This document shows, piece after piece, positions 33,336 through 42,633 of a stretch of 64,000 bases of DNA. A program made the translations under genes and the position numbers. A model generated the notes under the pieces. That model ran no database searches, was not told the DNA's origin, and saw only the letters and a program-made list of their open reading frames with translations. Position 1 is the first letter of the stretch. Each line of letters begins with the position of its first letter. Location: the NCBI GenBank assembly GCA_039815185.1, contig JBCBZT010000002.1, positions 1 through 64,000 on the forward strand. The letters run 5' to 3'. The stretch comes from Cyanobacteria bacterium P01_A01_bin.123. GTDB taxonomy: Bacteria; Cyanobacteriota; Cyanobacteriia; Phormidesmidales; Phormidesmidaceae.

Positions 33336-33425
33336 ATCTAACAACGCTGTGTAAGGAATGCTTGATTAAAGTTTTCGGTTAAGCTGTTTTCAGCTGCTCA
33401 CATTCCTAATAGCTAGCTATTAGGT
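33336..33425 (+). other. Degenerate attC-like site 3
   Basis: ATCTAAC...gctgtgtaaggaatg...cattcctaatagc...ATTAGGT, starting 25 nt after the stop codon. Confidence 0.45.
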
Positions 33426-33440
33426 GCATTTACAAATGTC

Positions 33441-34052
33441 CTAGACCTGCAAAATACCCACTAACGTCATAACCAATAGTTCAATATCGGCGGGCACCTT
33501 GAACGATTGGATATCGCGGGTAATCATTTGCTGGGATTGATCTAGAGTGCCAAACACCCATAATTCACCAATAGTGACTGCGCCATAAATCAGATTCAGC
33601 TCCGGATTCACCTTAGCTAAGGCAATCATTTCAACCCCCAACTGGGTAAATCCTCGTGTTAAGTCATCGCGCTTGGCTTCGACGACTACCAGGTTGGTTG
33701 CAGATTGCATCAAATAATCCAAGGTGCCTTGCAAATAATCATCTACAGCAAGCGAATATTCAATTCTCAAGAGCGTCTGACAGGTGATCGCGACCCGCAT
33801 CAAAACTGGAGCCACCAAAGCCTCCCGTTTAGCGGCCTCGCTACTGAGGGTCACATAGGGAATCACGGCTTCAAGCTGCTGCTTCAAGTCAGAGAGGTGG
33901 GGAATGGCAGTTTGGCTGCGGGGCAACTCTAGATAAGCGCGCTGAAAGCGATAGCCAAACTCCGCTAAGATTTCGTCGGTATCGTAGGGCAGTTCAAAAT
34001 AAGAACGAAACGAATAGCGATTGCCCGCTTGCAGAATTTTAGGGTGAGCCAT
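33441..34052 (-). CDS. Cyanobacterial PD-(D/E)XK-like hypothetical protein
   Basis: GTLDYL...VVEAK...GFTQL...YGAVT. Confidence 0.65.
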   Translation of the reverse strand: MAHPKILQAGNRYSFRSYFELPYDTDEILAEFGYRFQRAYLELPRSQTAIPHLSDLKQQLEAVIPYVTLSSEAAKREALVAPVLMRVAITCQTLLRIEYSLAVDDYLQGTLDYLMQSATNLVVVEAKRDDLTRGFTQLGVEMIALAKVNPELNLIYGAVTIGELWVFGTLDQSQQMITRDIQSFKVPADIELLVMTLVGILQV

Positions 34053-34139
34053 GAGATTGCTGGGAAGGGAGTATGCTAAGGCTGATGGTTAGCGATCGCT
34101 CCTCTATCATAGAAGCCCTAATTCCACGCCATTAACCCA

Positions 34140-34670
34140 ATGTCCGTGATCAACACTGAGCCCAATGTCGGCTTGGCTCCAGAGCTATTCCAAGTGAATC
34201 CGCCCCACTATCATCTATGGGATTTTGCCGGGGTAGATGGACTGCAGGTCGCGATCGCCCTCTTCGCCCCCACAGTCAATCACATCTCCCCCTTCCAATC
34301 CCTGACATCAAACTTCAACCAGCAACCTTGTGCCATCCTACGACTGTGTGAAAACAATTTTCGCGTTGCCCTGCCAGCAGAAATGCCCTTTGATCAGGCT
34401 GTCGCCGATTTAGAGTTAAATGTCTGGGTTAAACCCTGCCAAGCGACTACGATTGTTTTGCCTGTCGATTTTGGGCTTCAGCGCTTGGCTCAAATCGCCA
34501 CGACAAAACCCACTTATACGCTCAACCCATTTCCTCTGAATCAAGCCGTACCTGCCCGCATCAACGGCATTGCCATCTTGGCTTGGCATCACCCCTGGCA
34601 AGGACAACCCAAGCTGGTCATTCAAACGGCGGCCACTGATGCGGATGCCATTCGAGCGACTTTTTCTTAG
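34140..34670 (+). CDS. Hypothetical protein; weak resemblance to the sarcosine-oxidase gamma / GcvT-like fold
   Basis: Clean 176-aa ORF; the fold guess rests only on size and residue pattern. Confidence 0.4.
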   Translation: MSVINTEPNVGLAPELFQVNPPHYHLWDFAGVDGLQVAIALFAPTVNHISPFQSLTSNFNQQPCAILRLCENNFRVALPAEMPFDQAVADLELNVWVKPCQATTIVLPVDFGLQRLAQIATTKPTYTLNPFPLNQAVPARINGIAILAWHHPWQGQPKLVIQTAATDADAIRATFS

Positions 34671-34675
34671 CCTGC

Positions 34676-35110
34676 TTAAGCCGCTACGAATTCAAACGGG
34701 TTGAACACCGCAACACCCGACTCCAAAAGATCCTTGACATTGCGCGTTGCCACGCAGAGGTTATGCTGCCTCGCGATCGCGGCGATGAACAAATCGGGTT
34801 GACTAAAGGTATAGCCACGCTTTCGTCCCTGCTCAAGCATTTGCCGCCAGATTAAAATCGTCTCCTCATCAATATTGAGAATTCGCGCTGTAAACCACGG
34901 TCGTAATATGTTGTCGATCCAGTGTGTTAACTCCGCTGCAAAGGTGGAATCGGTAACCTGGCAAATGCCAAAGCGAATCTCTGCGAGCGTTATCGTACTC
35001 AAATAAAAGGACTGGGGCGGCTGGCTTTCACTCCAAGCCTTAACAGCAGGATGGCAACGCGGCTTCCTCAATTCTGAAACGATATTGGTATCTAGCAACC
35101 AGCCATTCAC
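34676..35110 (-). CDS. vapC: VapC PIN-domain toxin
   Basis: LLDTNIVSE, DLFIAAIA, VATRNVKD. Confidence 0.9.
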   Translation of the reverse strand: MNGWLLDTNIVSELRKPRCHPAVKAWSESQPPQSFYLSTITLAEIRFGICQVTDSTFAAELTHWIDNILRPWFTARILNIDEETILIWRQMLEQGRKRGYTFSQPDLFIAAIARQHNLCVATRNVKDLLESGVAVFNPFEFVAA

Positions 35111-35472
35111 AATTCAATTTCTCGAATAGGGGATTGAACGCTAGCCGATTCAAATTCAAGCTTGCTTAATGGTGATTGAGAAAGGAGGGCATGCAAGTTA
35201 GGCTGAGCAAGCAACGGCAATATCTTTTCAAAAAGCTGAGTCGAGATAACGACTACCGCCTCTTCTCCTCGCACAGTAATCCTTTGTGGCTCTGTATGTT
35301 TTGCCTGCCTAACCACTTCACTCAATCGAGCTTTTGCATCTTCCAGTTTCCAATCTGGGAATTGCTCGAGTTGAGCAGCGAGTTGTTCACTGAGATGGGT
35401 TGATTCTGAAGACATATAGAGTACCTGACTAGCACTGGTCAGATCATATATCCATTGACAAATAGGCGGCAA
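35107..35472 (-). CDS. Phd/YefM-family antitoxin; start uncertain
   Basis: WKLEDAKARLSEVVRQA..EPQRITVRG; 4-nt overlap with vapC. Confidence 0.85.
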   Translation of the reverse strand: MPPICQWIYDLTSASQVLYMSSESTHLSEQLAAQLEQFPDWKLEDAKARLSEVVRQAKHTEPQRITVRGEEAVVVISTQLFEKILPLLAQPNLHALLSQSPLSKLEFESASVQSPIREIEL

Positions 35473-35706
35473 ATAGGAGTAAACGTCTATTTTTCTAGTG
35501 TTTTGCTCCGCTTTGTAGTACTGTAAAGTTTTGTAACTATCTTTCGCTCTCGATGCTGTAAAGCGATTTCAACTCTAGACTCCGTCCACACCTAAGTCCG
35601 TGGTATTTGCTTGAGGAAGATTACGGTCTTCAACTTGGGAAGAGTCTAGTCTCCAGCTCCGCATCCCAGACAAAGGTAGCGTTGAGGCGTTAACCGAGAA
35701 CTATTT

Positions 35707-36774
35707 GTGCAATTAAGTATCCCACCCAATGCGGGGGCTGAGGCAACCGCGACTTCTCGCAGGCAAGAACTTCCTTTTACTCTCCAGGAATTGAAAGCTG
35801 CGATTCCGGCTTACTGCTTTGAGCCGTCTACGTTCAAATCGCTGGCCTATTTCTTTCTAGACCTTGGCGTCATTGCCGGGCTTTACGCCCTGGCGGCCTA
35901 TCTCAACTCTTGGTTATTCTTTCCCATCTTTTGGCTGGCGCAGGGCACGATGTTCTGGGCCCTTTTTGTGGTGGGTCACGACTGTGGTCACGGGTCTTTC
36001 TCCAAGCATAAATGGCTAAATAACTTGGTTGGGCATTTGTCACATACCCCAATTTTGGTGCCTTACCACGGTTGGCGGATCAGTCATCGCACCCACCACG
36101 CCAACACGGGCAATATCGACACTGACGAAAGCTGGTATCCTGTGTCTCAGGCTGAGTATGACGGCATGCACTGGTCGGTAAAGCTGGTGAGATTTCAAGC
36201 CCTGCTATTGGCCTATCCCATTTATTTGTTTGTGCGCTCCCACAATCGGGGTGGCTCCCATTTCTTGCCCAGCAGCTCACTCTTTAAACCCTCTGAAAAG
36301 AGGGATGTGATTACCAGTACGGTTTGCTGGAGTCTGATGGTGGTTTTCTTGGTTGGCCTTGGATTGATGTTTGGGCCATTGTTTGTGGTCAAGTTTTACC
36401 TGATGCCCTACATCATCTTTGTGGTGTGGCTCGACTGGGTGACTTATTTGCACCACACCGTGCCTGAGATTCCCTGGTACCGCAACGATAGCTGGTATTT
36501 CTTGAAAGGGGCATTGTCTACCATTGACCATGACTACGGGTTTATCAACAATATTCACCACAATATTGGTACCCACGTGGCGCACCATATTTTCTTGAAT
36601 ATGCCGCACTACCACCTCAAGACCGCTACGGCAGCGATCAAACCCATCTTGGGTGATTACTACCGAGTTTCTGACGAGCCCGTTTGGAAAACGCTCTGGA
36701 AGTCAATGCGGACTTGTCACTACGTTCCTAACAGTGGGCAAAAGGTCTACTACCAAGCGGCTCAGCCCAAGTAG
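35707..36774 (+). CDS. desB: Omega-3 (delta-15) acyl-lipid desaturase
   Basis: His boxes HDCGH, HRTHH, HVAHH; ELPFTLQELKAAIP near the N-terminus. Confidence 0.88.
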   Translation: MQLSIPPNAGAEATATSRRQELPFTLQELKAAIPAYCFEPSTFKSLAYFFLDLGVIAGLYALAAYLNSWLFFPIFWLAQGTMFWALFVVGHDCGHGSFSKHKWLNNLVGHLSHTPILVPYHGWRISHRTHHANTGNIDTDESWYPVSQAEYDGMHWSVKLVRFQALLLAYPIYLFVRSHNRGGSHFLPSSSLFKPSEKRDVITSTVCWSLMVVFLVGLGLMFGPLFVVKFYLMPYIIFVVWLDWVTYLHHTVPEIPWYRNDSWYFLKGALSTIDHDYGFINNIHHNIGTHVAHHIFLNMPHYHLKTATAAIKPILGDYYRVSDEPVWKTLWKSMRTCHYVPNSGQKVYYQAAQPK

Positions 36775-36804
36775 TCTGCCTGCACCCTAGATTAATCATC
36801 AACC

Positions 36805-36842
36805 TGCGGGTCGGGAACGCTATTCCTGACCCGCACTTTTTT
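36805..36842 (+). terminator. Intrinsic terminator after desB
   Basis: tgcgggtcgggaa-cgcta-ttcctgacccgca followed by a T6 run. Confidence 0.8.
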
Positions 36843-36953
36843 GGGGGCGATCGCGTCAGGGCACCCATCCTTGGCATTCCTCCGGTATCGCCGATAGCAA
36901 AAGCCAATCTCAAAAATGGAGTATAAAGCCCACAACGTTTATCAGCGATTGCT

Positions 36954-38312
36954 ATGCCCTCCCGTGTTGCCATTATTGGGGCTGGCCCCTGTGGTCTTTC
37001 CCAACTCCACGCCTTTGAACAGGCACGCCTGAAAGGTACCGAGATTCCTGAACTGGTGTGTTTTGAGAAGCAGGCGGGTTGGGGGGGCTTATGGAATTTT
37101 ACTTGGCGCACGGGGCTTGACGAGTATGGTCAACCCGTCCACGGCAGCATGTATCGCTACCTGTGGTCCAATGGCCCCAAAGAATGCCTTGAATTTGCTG
37201 ACTACACCTTTGAAGAGCACTTCGGGCAAGCGATTCCGTCCTTTCCCCCCCGCGAAGTGCTTTACGACTACATTGTCGGACGGGCTAAAAAGAACAAGCT
37301 AGAACGCTACATCCGCTTTAGCACCCCGGTTCGCTACATTGAATACCTTGAAGCCAGTGACACCTTCCGGGTGCGGGTCAAAGACCTCGAAGCTGATCAG
37401 GAATACACTGAAGAATTTGACCATGTCATTGTTGCCAGTGGGCATTTCTCAGTGCCCAATATGCCAGTCTTTGCAGGCATTGACCGCTTTCCGGGTCGCG
37501 TGCTCCACAGCCACGATTTCCGGGAAGCTCGGGAGTTTACCGGGCGCGATCTACTAGTGGTGGGCGGTAGCTACTCTGCAGAAGATATTGCGCTGCAAAG
37601 CTACAAGTACGGGGCTCGCTCGGTCACGATCAGCTACCGGACGGCACCCATGGGGTTCGAGTGGCCAGAGGGAATCAAAGAAGTGCCGCTGATGACCTAT
37701 CTAGACGGTAAAACTGCCCACTTCAAAGATGGCAGCAGCCAAGACGTAGACGCGATCGTGCTCTGTGTGGGCTACCAGCATAGCTTCCCCTTTTTAGAAG
37801 ACAGCCTCCGGTTGAAAACTAAGAACCGCCTGTACCCAGGGTCACTCTACAAAGGCATCTTCTGGGAACCCAATCCCAAGCTGATGTATCTGGGCATGCA
37901 AGATCAGTTCTACACCTTCTCAATGTTTGATGTGCAGTCCTGGTATGCCCGCGATGTGGTGTTAGGCCGCATTGCGCTGCCGGATACAACCGCTATGGCA
38001 AAAGATATCGCCCTTTGGCAGCAGCGCGAAGAAGCTTTGCAGGATGCCTTTGAGCAAATTGATTTCCAAAAGGACTATGTGGTTGATCTGGCTGACTGCG
38101 TTGACTATGCCCCCTGTGACTGGAATATGACGGTCGATTTGTTCAAGGAGTGGGAGCACGATAAAGAACACAGCATCCTGGGCTATCGTGATAAGGCATT
38201 CCCGTCTGCCTGCACGGGTACAAAAGCGCCTGTCCACCACACGCCGTGGATTGAAGCGATGGATGATTCGATGGCCTGCTTCTTAAGCAAACAGCCCGCT
38301 AGCGTATCCTAA
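36954..38312 (+). CDS. tmm: Bacterial flavin-containing monooxygenase, trimethylamine monooxygenase (Tmm/mFMO) type
   Basis: GAGPCG, WGGLWNFTWRTGLD, HGSMYRYLWSNGPKECLEFADY, FMO motif FPGRVLHSHDF, GGSYSAEDI. Confidence 0.85.
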   Translation: MPSRVAIIGAGPCGLSQLHAFEQARLKGTEIPELVCFEKQAGWGGLWNFTWRTGLDEYGQPVHGSMYRYLWSNGPKECLEFADYTFEEHFGQAIPSFPPREVLYDYIVGRAKKNKLERYIRFSTPVRYIEYLEASDTFRVRVKDLEADQEYTEEFDHVIVASGHFSVPNMPVFAGIDRFPGRVLHSHDFREAREFTGRDLLVVGGSYSAEDIALQSYKYGARSVTISYRTAPMGFEWPEGIKEVPLMTYLDGKTAHFKDGSSQDVDAIVLCVGYQHSFPFLEDSLRLKTKNRLYPGSLYKGIFWEPNPKLMYLGMQDQFYTFSMFDVQSWYARDVVLGRIALPDTTAMAKDIALWQQREEALQDAFEQIDFQKDYVVDLADCVDYAPCDWNMTVDLFKEWEHDKEHSILGYRDKAFPSACTGTKAPVHHTPWIEAMDDSMACFLSKQPASVS

Positions 38313-38393
38313 ATTAAACGGTGCGTCGGGCTTTGCCGCGACACACCCTACGGCTGAAACATGAAAATTCTCAGCAATTTGTGAGGTGGTGCT

Positions 38394-39188
38394 GTGTCTG
38401 TTGTTGGCAAGATTGAAAGCATCTGGCGTTATCCCGTCAAAAGCATGTGCGGGGAAGAACTGGAGGAAGCCTTTGTCTCCTTTGCAGGGGTGATGGGCGA
38501 TCGCGTTTATGGCTTCCTTAAAAGCAACGGCAATCCCGGTTTCCCTTGGCATACCGCCCGCGACCAAGAATCGCTGCTGCTGTACAAGCCCCGATTCAAA
38601 AATGCGAGTCTGACGATCAAGCCTGAAAATCTGGCAGCGGCGCAAGATATGGGTCCAGGCATTAATCCGGTCTATCCAGAAACAGCGCAATTTGCAGTCG
38701 AGGTTGAAACCCCAGACGGTGAGGTTTACAGCGTCGAGGATGAGGCTTTTGTAGCGCATCTCAAGACAGTAACGAATAACGAAACCCTAAAGCTGCACTT
38801 CACCCAACGGAGCCAGTTTGACTGCCGCCCACTCACCCTATTTTCACTACAGTTGGGTGAACTGTTGAGTGAAGAGTTGGGCATCACCCTTGATAAGCGA
38901 CGGTTTCGGTCTAACCTTTACGTGAATTGGAGCGGTGATAAGCCGAAGCTTTATGAAAAAGAGCTAATCGGGAAACGCCTAAAGATTGGGGACATGCTAG
39001 AAGTGAGTTTGCTAGAGCGTGACCCCAGATGCAAAATGATCACCCTTGATCCAGACACCTCTGAGGCAAATCCTGAGGTGATTAAGCATGTCTCGAAGGC
39101 TCACGAAGGCTATGCCGGGGTCTATGGTGCAGTGCTGGTTGAGGGTGTGGTGAAAACAGGGGATGCGATCGAGCTTTTGGATGATTAA
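38394..39188 (+). CDS. MOSC-domain (mARC/YcbX-like) molybdenum-cofactor protein
   Basis: IWRYPVKSMCGE, GDR, RRFRSNL, PRCKMITLDP. Confidence 0.88.
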   Translation: MSVVGKIESIWRYPVKSMCGEELEEAFVSFAGVMGDRVYGFLKSNGNPGFPWHTARDQESLLLYKPRFKNASLTIKPENLAAAQDMGPGINPVYPETAQFAVEVETPDGEVYSVEDEAFVAHLKTVTNNETLKLHFTQRSQFDCRPLTLFSLQLGELLSEELGITLDKRRFRSNLYVNWSGDKPKLYEKELIGKRLKIGDMLEVSLLERDPRCKMITLDPDTSEANPEVIKHVSKAHEGYAGVYGAVLVEGVVKTGDAIELLDD

Positions 39189-39271
39189 AGTGGCATTTAT
39201 TACAGGGGAATGCATATAGTAGGGCAAGGTAATATTTGAACCAAATTAATACTTTGCGCTAGGTATAAGGC

Positions 39272-40135
39272 ATGCCAGATCCTCGGCTGATTGCGATTAA
39301 AGGTACCGATAATGCCGACCGTCAGGGGGACGTGATTTTTGTCCATGGCCTGGGTGGCAGTGCCCTAGAAACCTGGCATACAGATAAGAAAGCCCTAGAA
39401 AAAGCTCAAAAGTCTGAGGGTGAGGCATTTCAACCGGGGCAGTTAAATTTTTGGCCTGCCTGGTTGGGTGAAGATTATCCCCAACTGGGGATTTGGTCGT
39501 TAGATTACGACATTGAACCCTTAGCTTGGCGGGGAAACACCATGCCGCTGACGGATCGGGCCACGAATATTCTGCAAGTCTTCTCGAACAAACGGATTGG
39601 CAATCGCCCCATTCTGTTTATCACCCACAGTATGGGCGGATTGTTGGTCAAGCAGATGCTCCGCAGCGCTTTTGATTTTGGCAACCCCCGGTGGAAAAAG
39701 ATTGAGGAAAATACGAAGGGGATTGTCTTTTTGGCGACGCCCCATTCAGGATCTGACTTGTCGAACCTGATGCAGTTCGTCAATCGGGTTTTGCAAGGGG
39801 TGATGCGGGCTAGTGTGAGTGTGGAAGAACTGGAAGCGAATCACTCGCGTCTGCGGGAACTGAACAATGTCTACCGGAACCATACTCGGCTTAGTCAGAT
39901 TCCGGTTGACGCCTATTTTGAGACACAGCCCTACAACCCCGTTGGGCTGGTCGTAGATCAGGCCAGTGCTGATCCGGGTATGCAGGGGGTGGTGCCCATT
40001 GGTGTTGGTGCAGACCACATCACGATTTGCAAAATTGCTCCTGAAGACAAGACCAACAGCATTGTTTATAACAGCATCAAGCTGTTTATAGAAGATTACT
40101 TACTCGCAAAGACAGAGGTACCTCAACGCCCTTAA
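39272..40135 (+). CDS. Alpha/beta hydrolase (SERAC1/PGAP1/SesB-like lipase fold)
   Basis: IFVHGLGG, THSMGG nucleophile elbow, LATPHSGS, ADHITICK. Confidence 0.85.
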   Translation: MPDPRLIAIKGTDNADRQGDVIFVHGLGGSALETWHTDKKALEKAQKSEGEAFQPGQLNFWPAWLGEDYPQLGIWSLDYDIEPLAWRGNTMPLTDRATNILQVFSNKRIGNRPILFITHSMGGLLVKQMLRSAFDFGNPRWKKIEENTKGIVFLATPHSGSDLSNLMQFVNRVLQGVMRASVSVEELEANHSRLRELNNVYRNHTRLSQIPVDAYFETQPYNPVGLVVDQASADPGMQGVVPIGVGADHITICKIAPEDKTNSIVYNSIKLFIEDYLLAKTEVPQRP

Positions 40136-40174
40136 ATGCCCCTCCGTCTGATACTGGCATAGTGCCGGAGGGGC
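40126..40174 (+). other. Candidate -1 programmed frameshift signal
   Basis: A-CGC-CCT-TAA followed by a perfect 9-bp stem gcccctccg (40138-40146) / cggaggggc (40166-40174); the -1 frame is open into the NACHT ORF. Confidence 0.55.
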
Positions 40175-42375
40175 CAGCAGGTGTGCCATTGTTGGAGCAT
40201 CCATTTCACGGAGATGCTGACAAGGATAACTGGTTTGGAGGCTTTACTAATCATTCAGGCAGCAGTGGCCGAGTTGAAATCCATCAACATTATGGATTGC
40301 CCAACACCAAGCCCGATGCGATCCATAGGGATAAGAAGGAAAAGATTTTAATTGATGCAGTTTGGACGGAGGTAGAAGATCGTTTAAGGCAATCTTTGCA
40401 CAATGCGATTTTGATTCGCTTAGATATGGCGGAGCAGCGTAACCAGGTGAGTCGCCCTTGGGACAGCCAGTTGCGCACGGCTGAGCAGGGTATAAAACCC
40501 TTAGAACCCGGCACCCACATTGCCGACGTGTTTGATCGGCGGGATGTGGGGGGTAAGCTGCTAATTTTGGGTAATCCCGGTTCAGGAAAGACGACCACGA
40601 TGTTGGATCTGGCAGCAGTGCTGATTCAACGAGCCAATGCCCAGCCTGACCAGCCGATTCCGGTGATGTTTAATCTGTCGTCTTGGCAGAATGCCAAGCA
40701 AAGTATTACCGACTGGCTGCTGGGTGAATTGAAGCTGAAGTACGGGGTATCGCCAAAGCTGGGACAGACCTGGCTGGCGGAGAAAAAGCTGTTGCCGTTG
40801 CTAGATGGGTTAGATGAGTTACCCCCGCAGCGACAAGAACCTGTGGTGCAAGCGATTAACGATTGGTTGCAGTCGGGGGAGGGGCCAACGCGACTGTTGG
40901 TGTGCAGCCGCATTGAAGAGTATGGGCTGTATGGGGCAAAACTGGCGTTGAATGGGGCCATTTGCCTGGAACTGCTCACAGATATACAGCTCCAGGACTA
41001 CTTAAACTCATTAAGAATGGGTGACCTATGGCAGACTCTGCAACAAGACACCGCGCTGCTGGGCTTGGTGAGGACACCACTTGTGTTATGCGTCTCGGTT
41101 TTGACGCATGAGGCAATCGATCCAGATCAGTGGAGGCGAAAGCAAACAACCACAGAGCGGACGGGCTATTTGCTAGACGCATATGTAAAACGACAGTTGC
41201 ATAAAGCTGTCAAGAGAGAGAGAAATCTATCAGTCAAACAGTTCACAGCGAAACAAATTCGTCGCCAACTTACTTGGCTTGCAAGAAGATTAATAGCAAT
41301 TTCCTCAGATGAGTTTTCTATTGAAGAGATTCAATCAGATTTTCTAAATAAACGGCGAAAAAGAGTTTACAAGATGGTTGTTTCTCTTGGTTTCGGAATA
41401 ATTATCGGTTGCATTTATTGGCTATTATGCAGAATTATATATACCTTGGTCATCGAAAGCGACTATCTTGTTGCATATATTGAAAATCTTGTTAGTACTT
41501 CATTTCCTTCATTTCCTTCATTTAGACATAACCAAATTTTTGATTCTTATATAAAAGGATTTGATTTCGCCTTCCACAGAGGAGCTCTTTGGGGAATGAT
41601 AATATCAATGCTTTGCGGAGCATTTCTTGGCTTCAATGAAAGTAGAAGAAATATTATGTTTACGGAGGCATTTTCTTTTCAGGGAATAAATAGAAAAACT
41701 CTAAAGATTTGGTTGATTGCTAGTCTAGCTTTAGGACTTGGCTTTGGCTTGATCTGTTTGGCTACTTTTGGAATTAATATCCTATATTCTCCCCGATTTT
41801 ACATTTATTCTGAAACTATTGACTCGCAAGCTCTAGGGCCAGCAGGTTCTATCGAGCCCATATTTTTGAAAGGCTCATTTCCTTATAAAATGGGAGTTAT
41901 ATATCTCCTTTTTACAGCTATTTCTTGGATAAAATTCTGGATTTTGTTCGGCATATTCAAAGGTATAAAAAAGCCAATTGAGGTAAAATATTTCTCCTCC
42001 CAAGGGATCTTAAATAATTTCAGGATGGCTGCATTATATTCTTTCTTTATATGTATTTTGATCACATTTTTCTCATTTATATGCCTCTCTTTTATTTCTA
42101 ATGTAGGCAATGTAGTTCATATCGTTTGGATTACAATGCCAATAATTTTTTTGTGTGCAGTTCTGATGAGCTTGGCATCTCTTGGTTTGCCATTAATTCA
42201 ACATTTTGTGCTTCGATTCTTACTTTGTAAGAGTGAAGGAATTCCCTGGAACTATACCTGCTTCCTCAACCACTGCACTGAACGCCTCATACTCCAGCGA
42301 GTCGGCGGGCGCTATCGGTTCATCCACAAACTTATACAAGAGCATTTTGCAGCCATGCCGATGGGGCGAGAGTGA
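40162..42375 (+). CDS. NACHT NTPase with multi-pass C-terminal transmembrane region
   Basis: GNPGSGKTT, LLDGLDEL, RTPL, hydrophobic helices, terminal LQRVGGRYRFIHKLIQEHFA. Confidence 0.88.
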   Translation: MPEGPAGVPLLEHPFHGDADKDNWFGGFTNHSGSSGRVEIHQHYGLPNTKPDAIHRDKKEKILIDAVWTEVEDRLRQSLHNAILIRLDMAEQRNQVSRPWDSQLRTAEQGIKPLEPGTHIADVFDRRDVGGKLLILGNPGSGKTTTMLDLAAVLIQRANAQPDQPIPVMFNLSSWQNAKQSITDWLLGELKLKYGVSPKLGQTWLAEKKLLPLLDGLDELPPQRQEPVVQAINDWLQSGEGPTRLLVCSRIEEYGLYGAKLALNGAICLELLTDIQLQDYLNSLRMGDLWQTLQQDTALLGLVRTPLVLCVSVLTHEAIDPDQWRRKQTTTERTGYLLDAYVKRQLHKAVKRERNLSVKQFTAKQIRRQLTWLARRLIAISSDEFSIEEIQSDFLNKRRKRVYKMVVSLGFGIIIGCIYWLLCRIIYTLVIESDYLVAYIENLVSTSFPSFPSFRHNQIFDSYIKGFDFAFHRGALWGMIISMLCGAFLGFNESRRNIMFTEAFSFQGINRKTLKIWLIASLALGLGFGLICLATFGINILYSPRFYIYSETIDSQALGPAGSIEPIFLKGSFPYKMGVIYLLFTAISWIKFWILFGIFKGIKKPIEVKYFSSQGILNNFRMAALYSFFICILITFFSFICLSFISNVGNVVHIVWITMPIIFLCAVLMSLASLGLPLIQHFVLRFLLCKSEGIPWNYTCFLNHCTERLILQRVGGRYRFIHKLIQEHFAAMPMGRE

Positions 42376-42388
42376 TGGAGGTACTTTG

Positions 42389-42625
42389 ATGGTCGAAGGA
42401 CTAATTTTTCGCTACGACAAAGTAGGAGATATCCTTTATATCGACAAATGCTCACCTTACCCAGAGCAAGAATCTGATGAAATTGGCGATGAAATGATTG
42501 CTCGCTTTAACCCTGACTCTGGGGAGATTGAAAATCTGGAAATTCTGTTTTTCTCTAAACGCCTATTTGATGCCAACATTTTGGAACTCCCCGTCATTGC
42601 GAATATGCGGTTGGCGGCATCTTAG
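42389..42625 (+). CDS. DUF2283-family small protein (orphan antitoxin-like)
   Basis: RYDKVGDILYID...GEIENLEIL; GGAGG upstream. Confidence 0.75.
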   Translation: MVEGLIFRYDKVGDILYIDKCSPYPEQESDEIGDEMIARFNPDSGEIENLEILFFSKRLFDANILELPVIANMRLAAS

Positions 42626-42633
42626 AGAGATCG

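Noticed and set aside
35707..36774. desB as part of the amine pathway or co-transcribed with tmm
   Set aside because: It is a standard omega-3 desaturase separated from tmm by a strong terminator.
36885..36927. NtcA box upstream of tmm (GTAtcgccgatAGC)
   Set aside because: The right half-site is not TAC and the -10 is unconvincing; not called.
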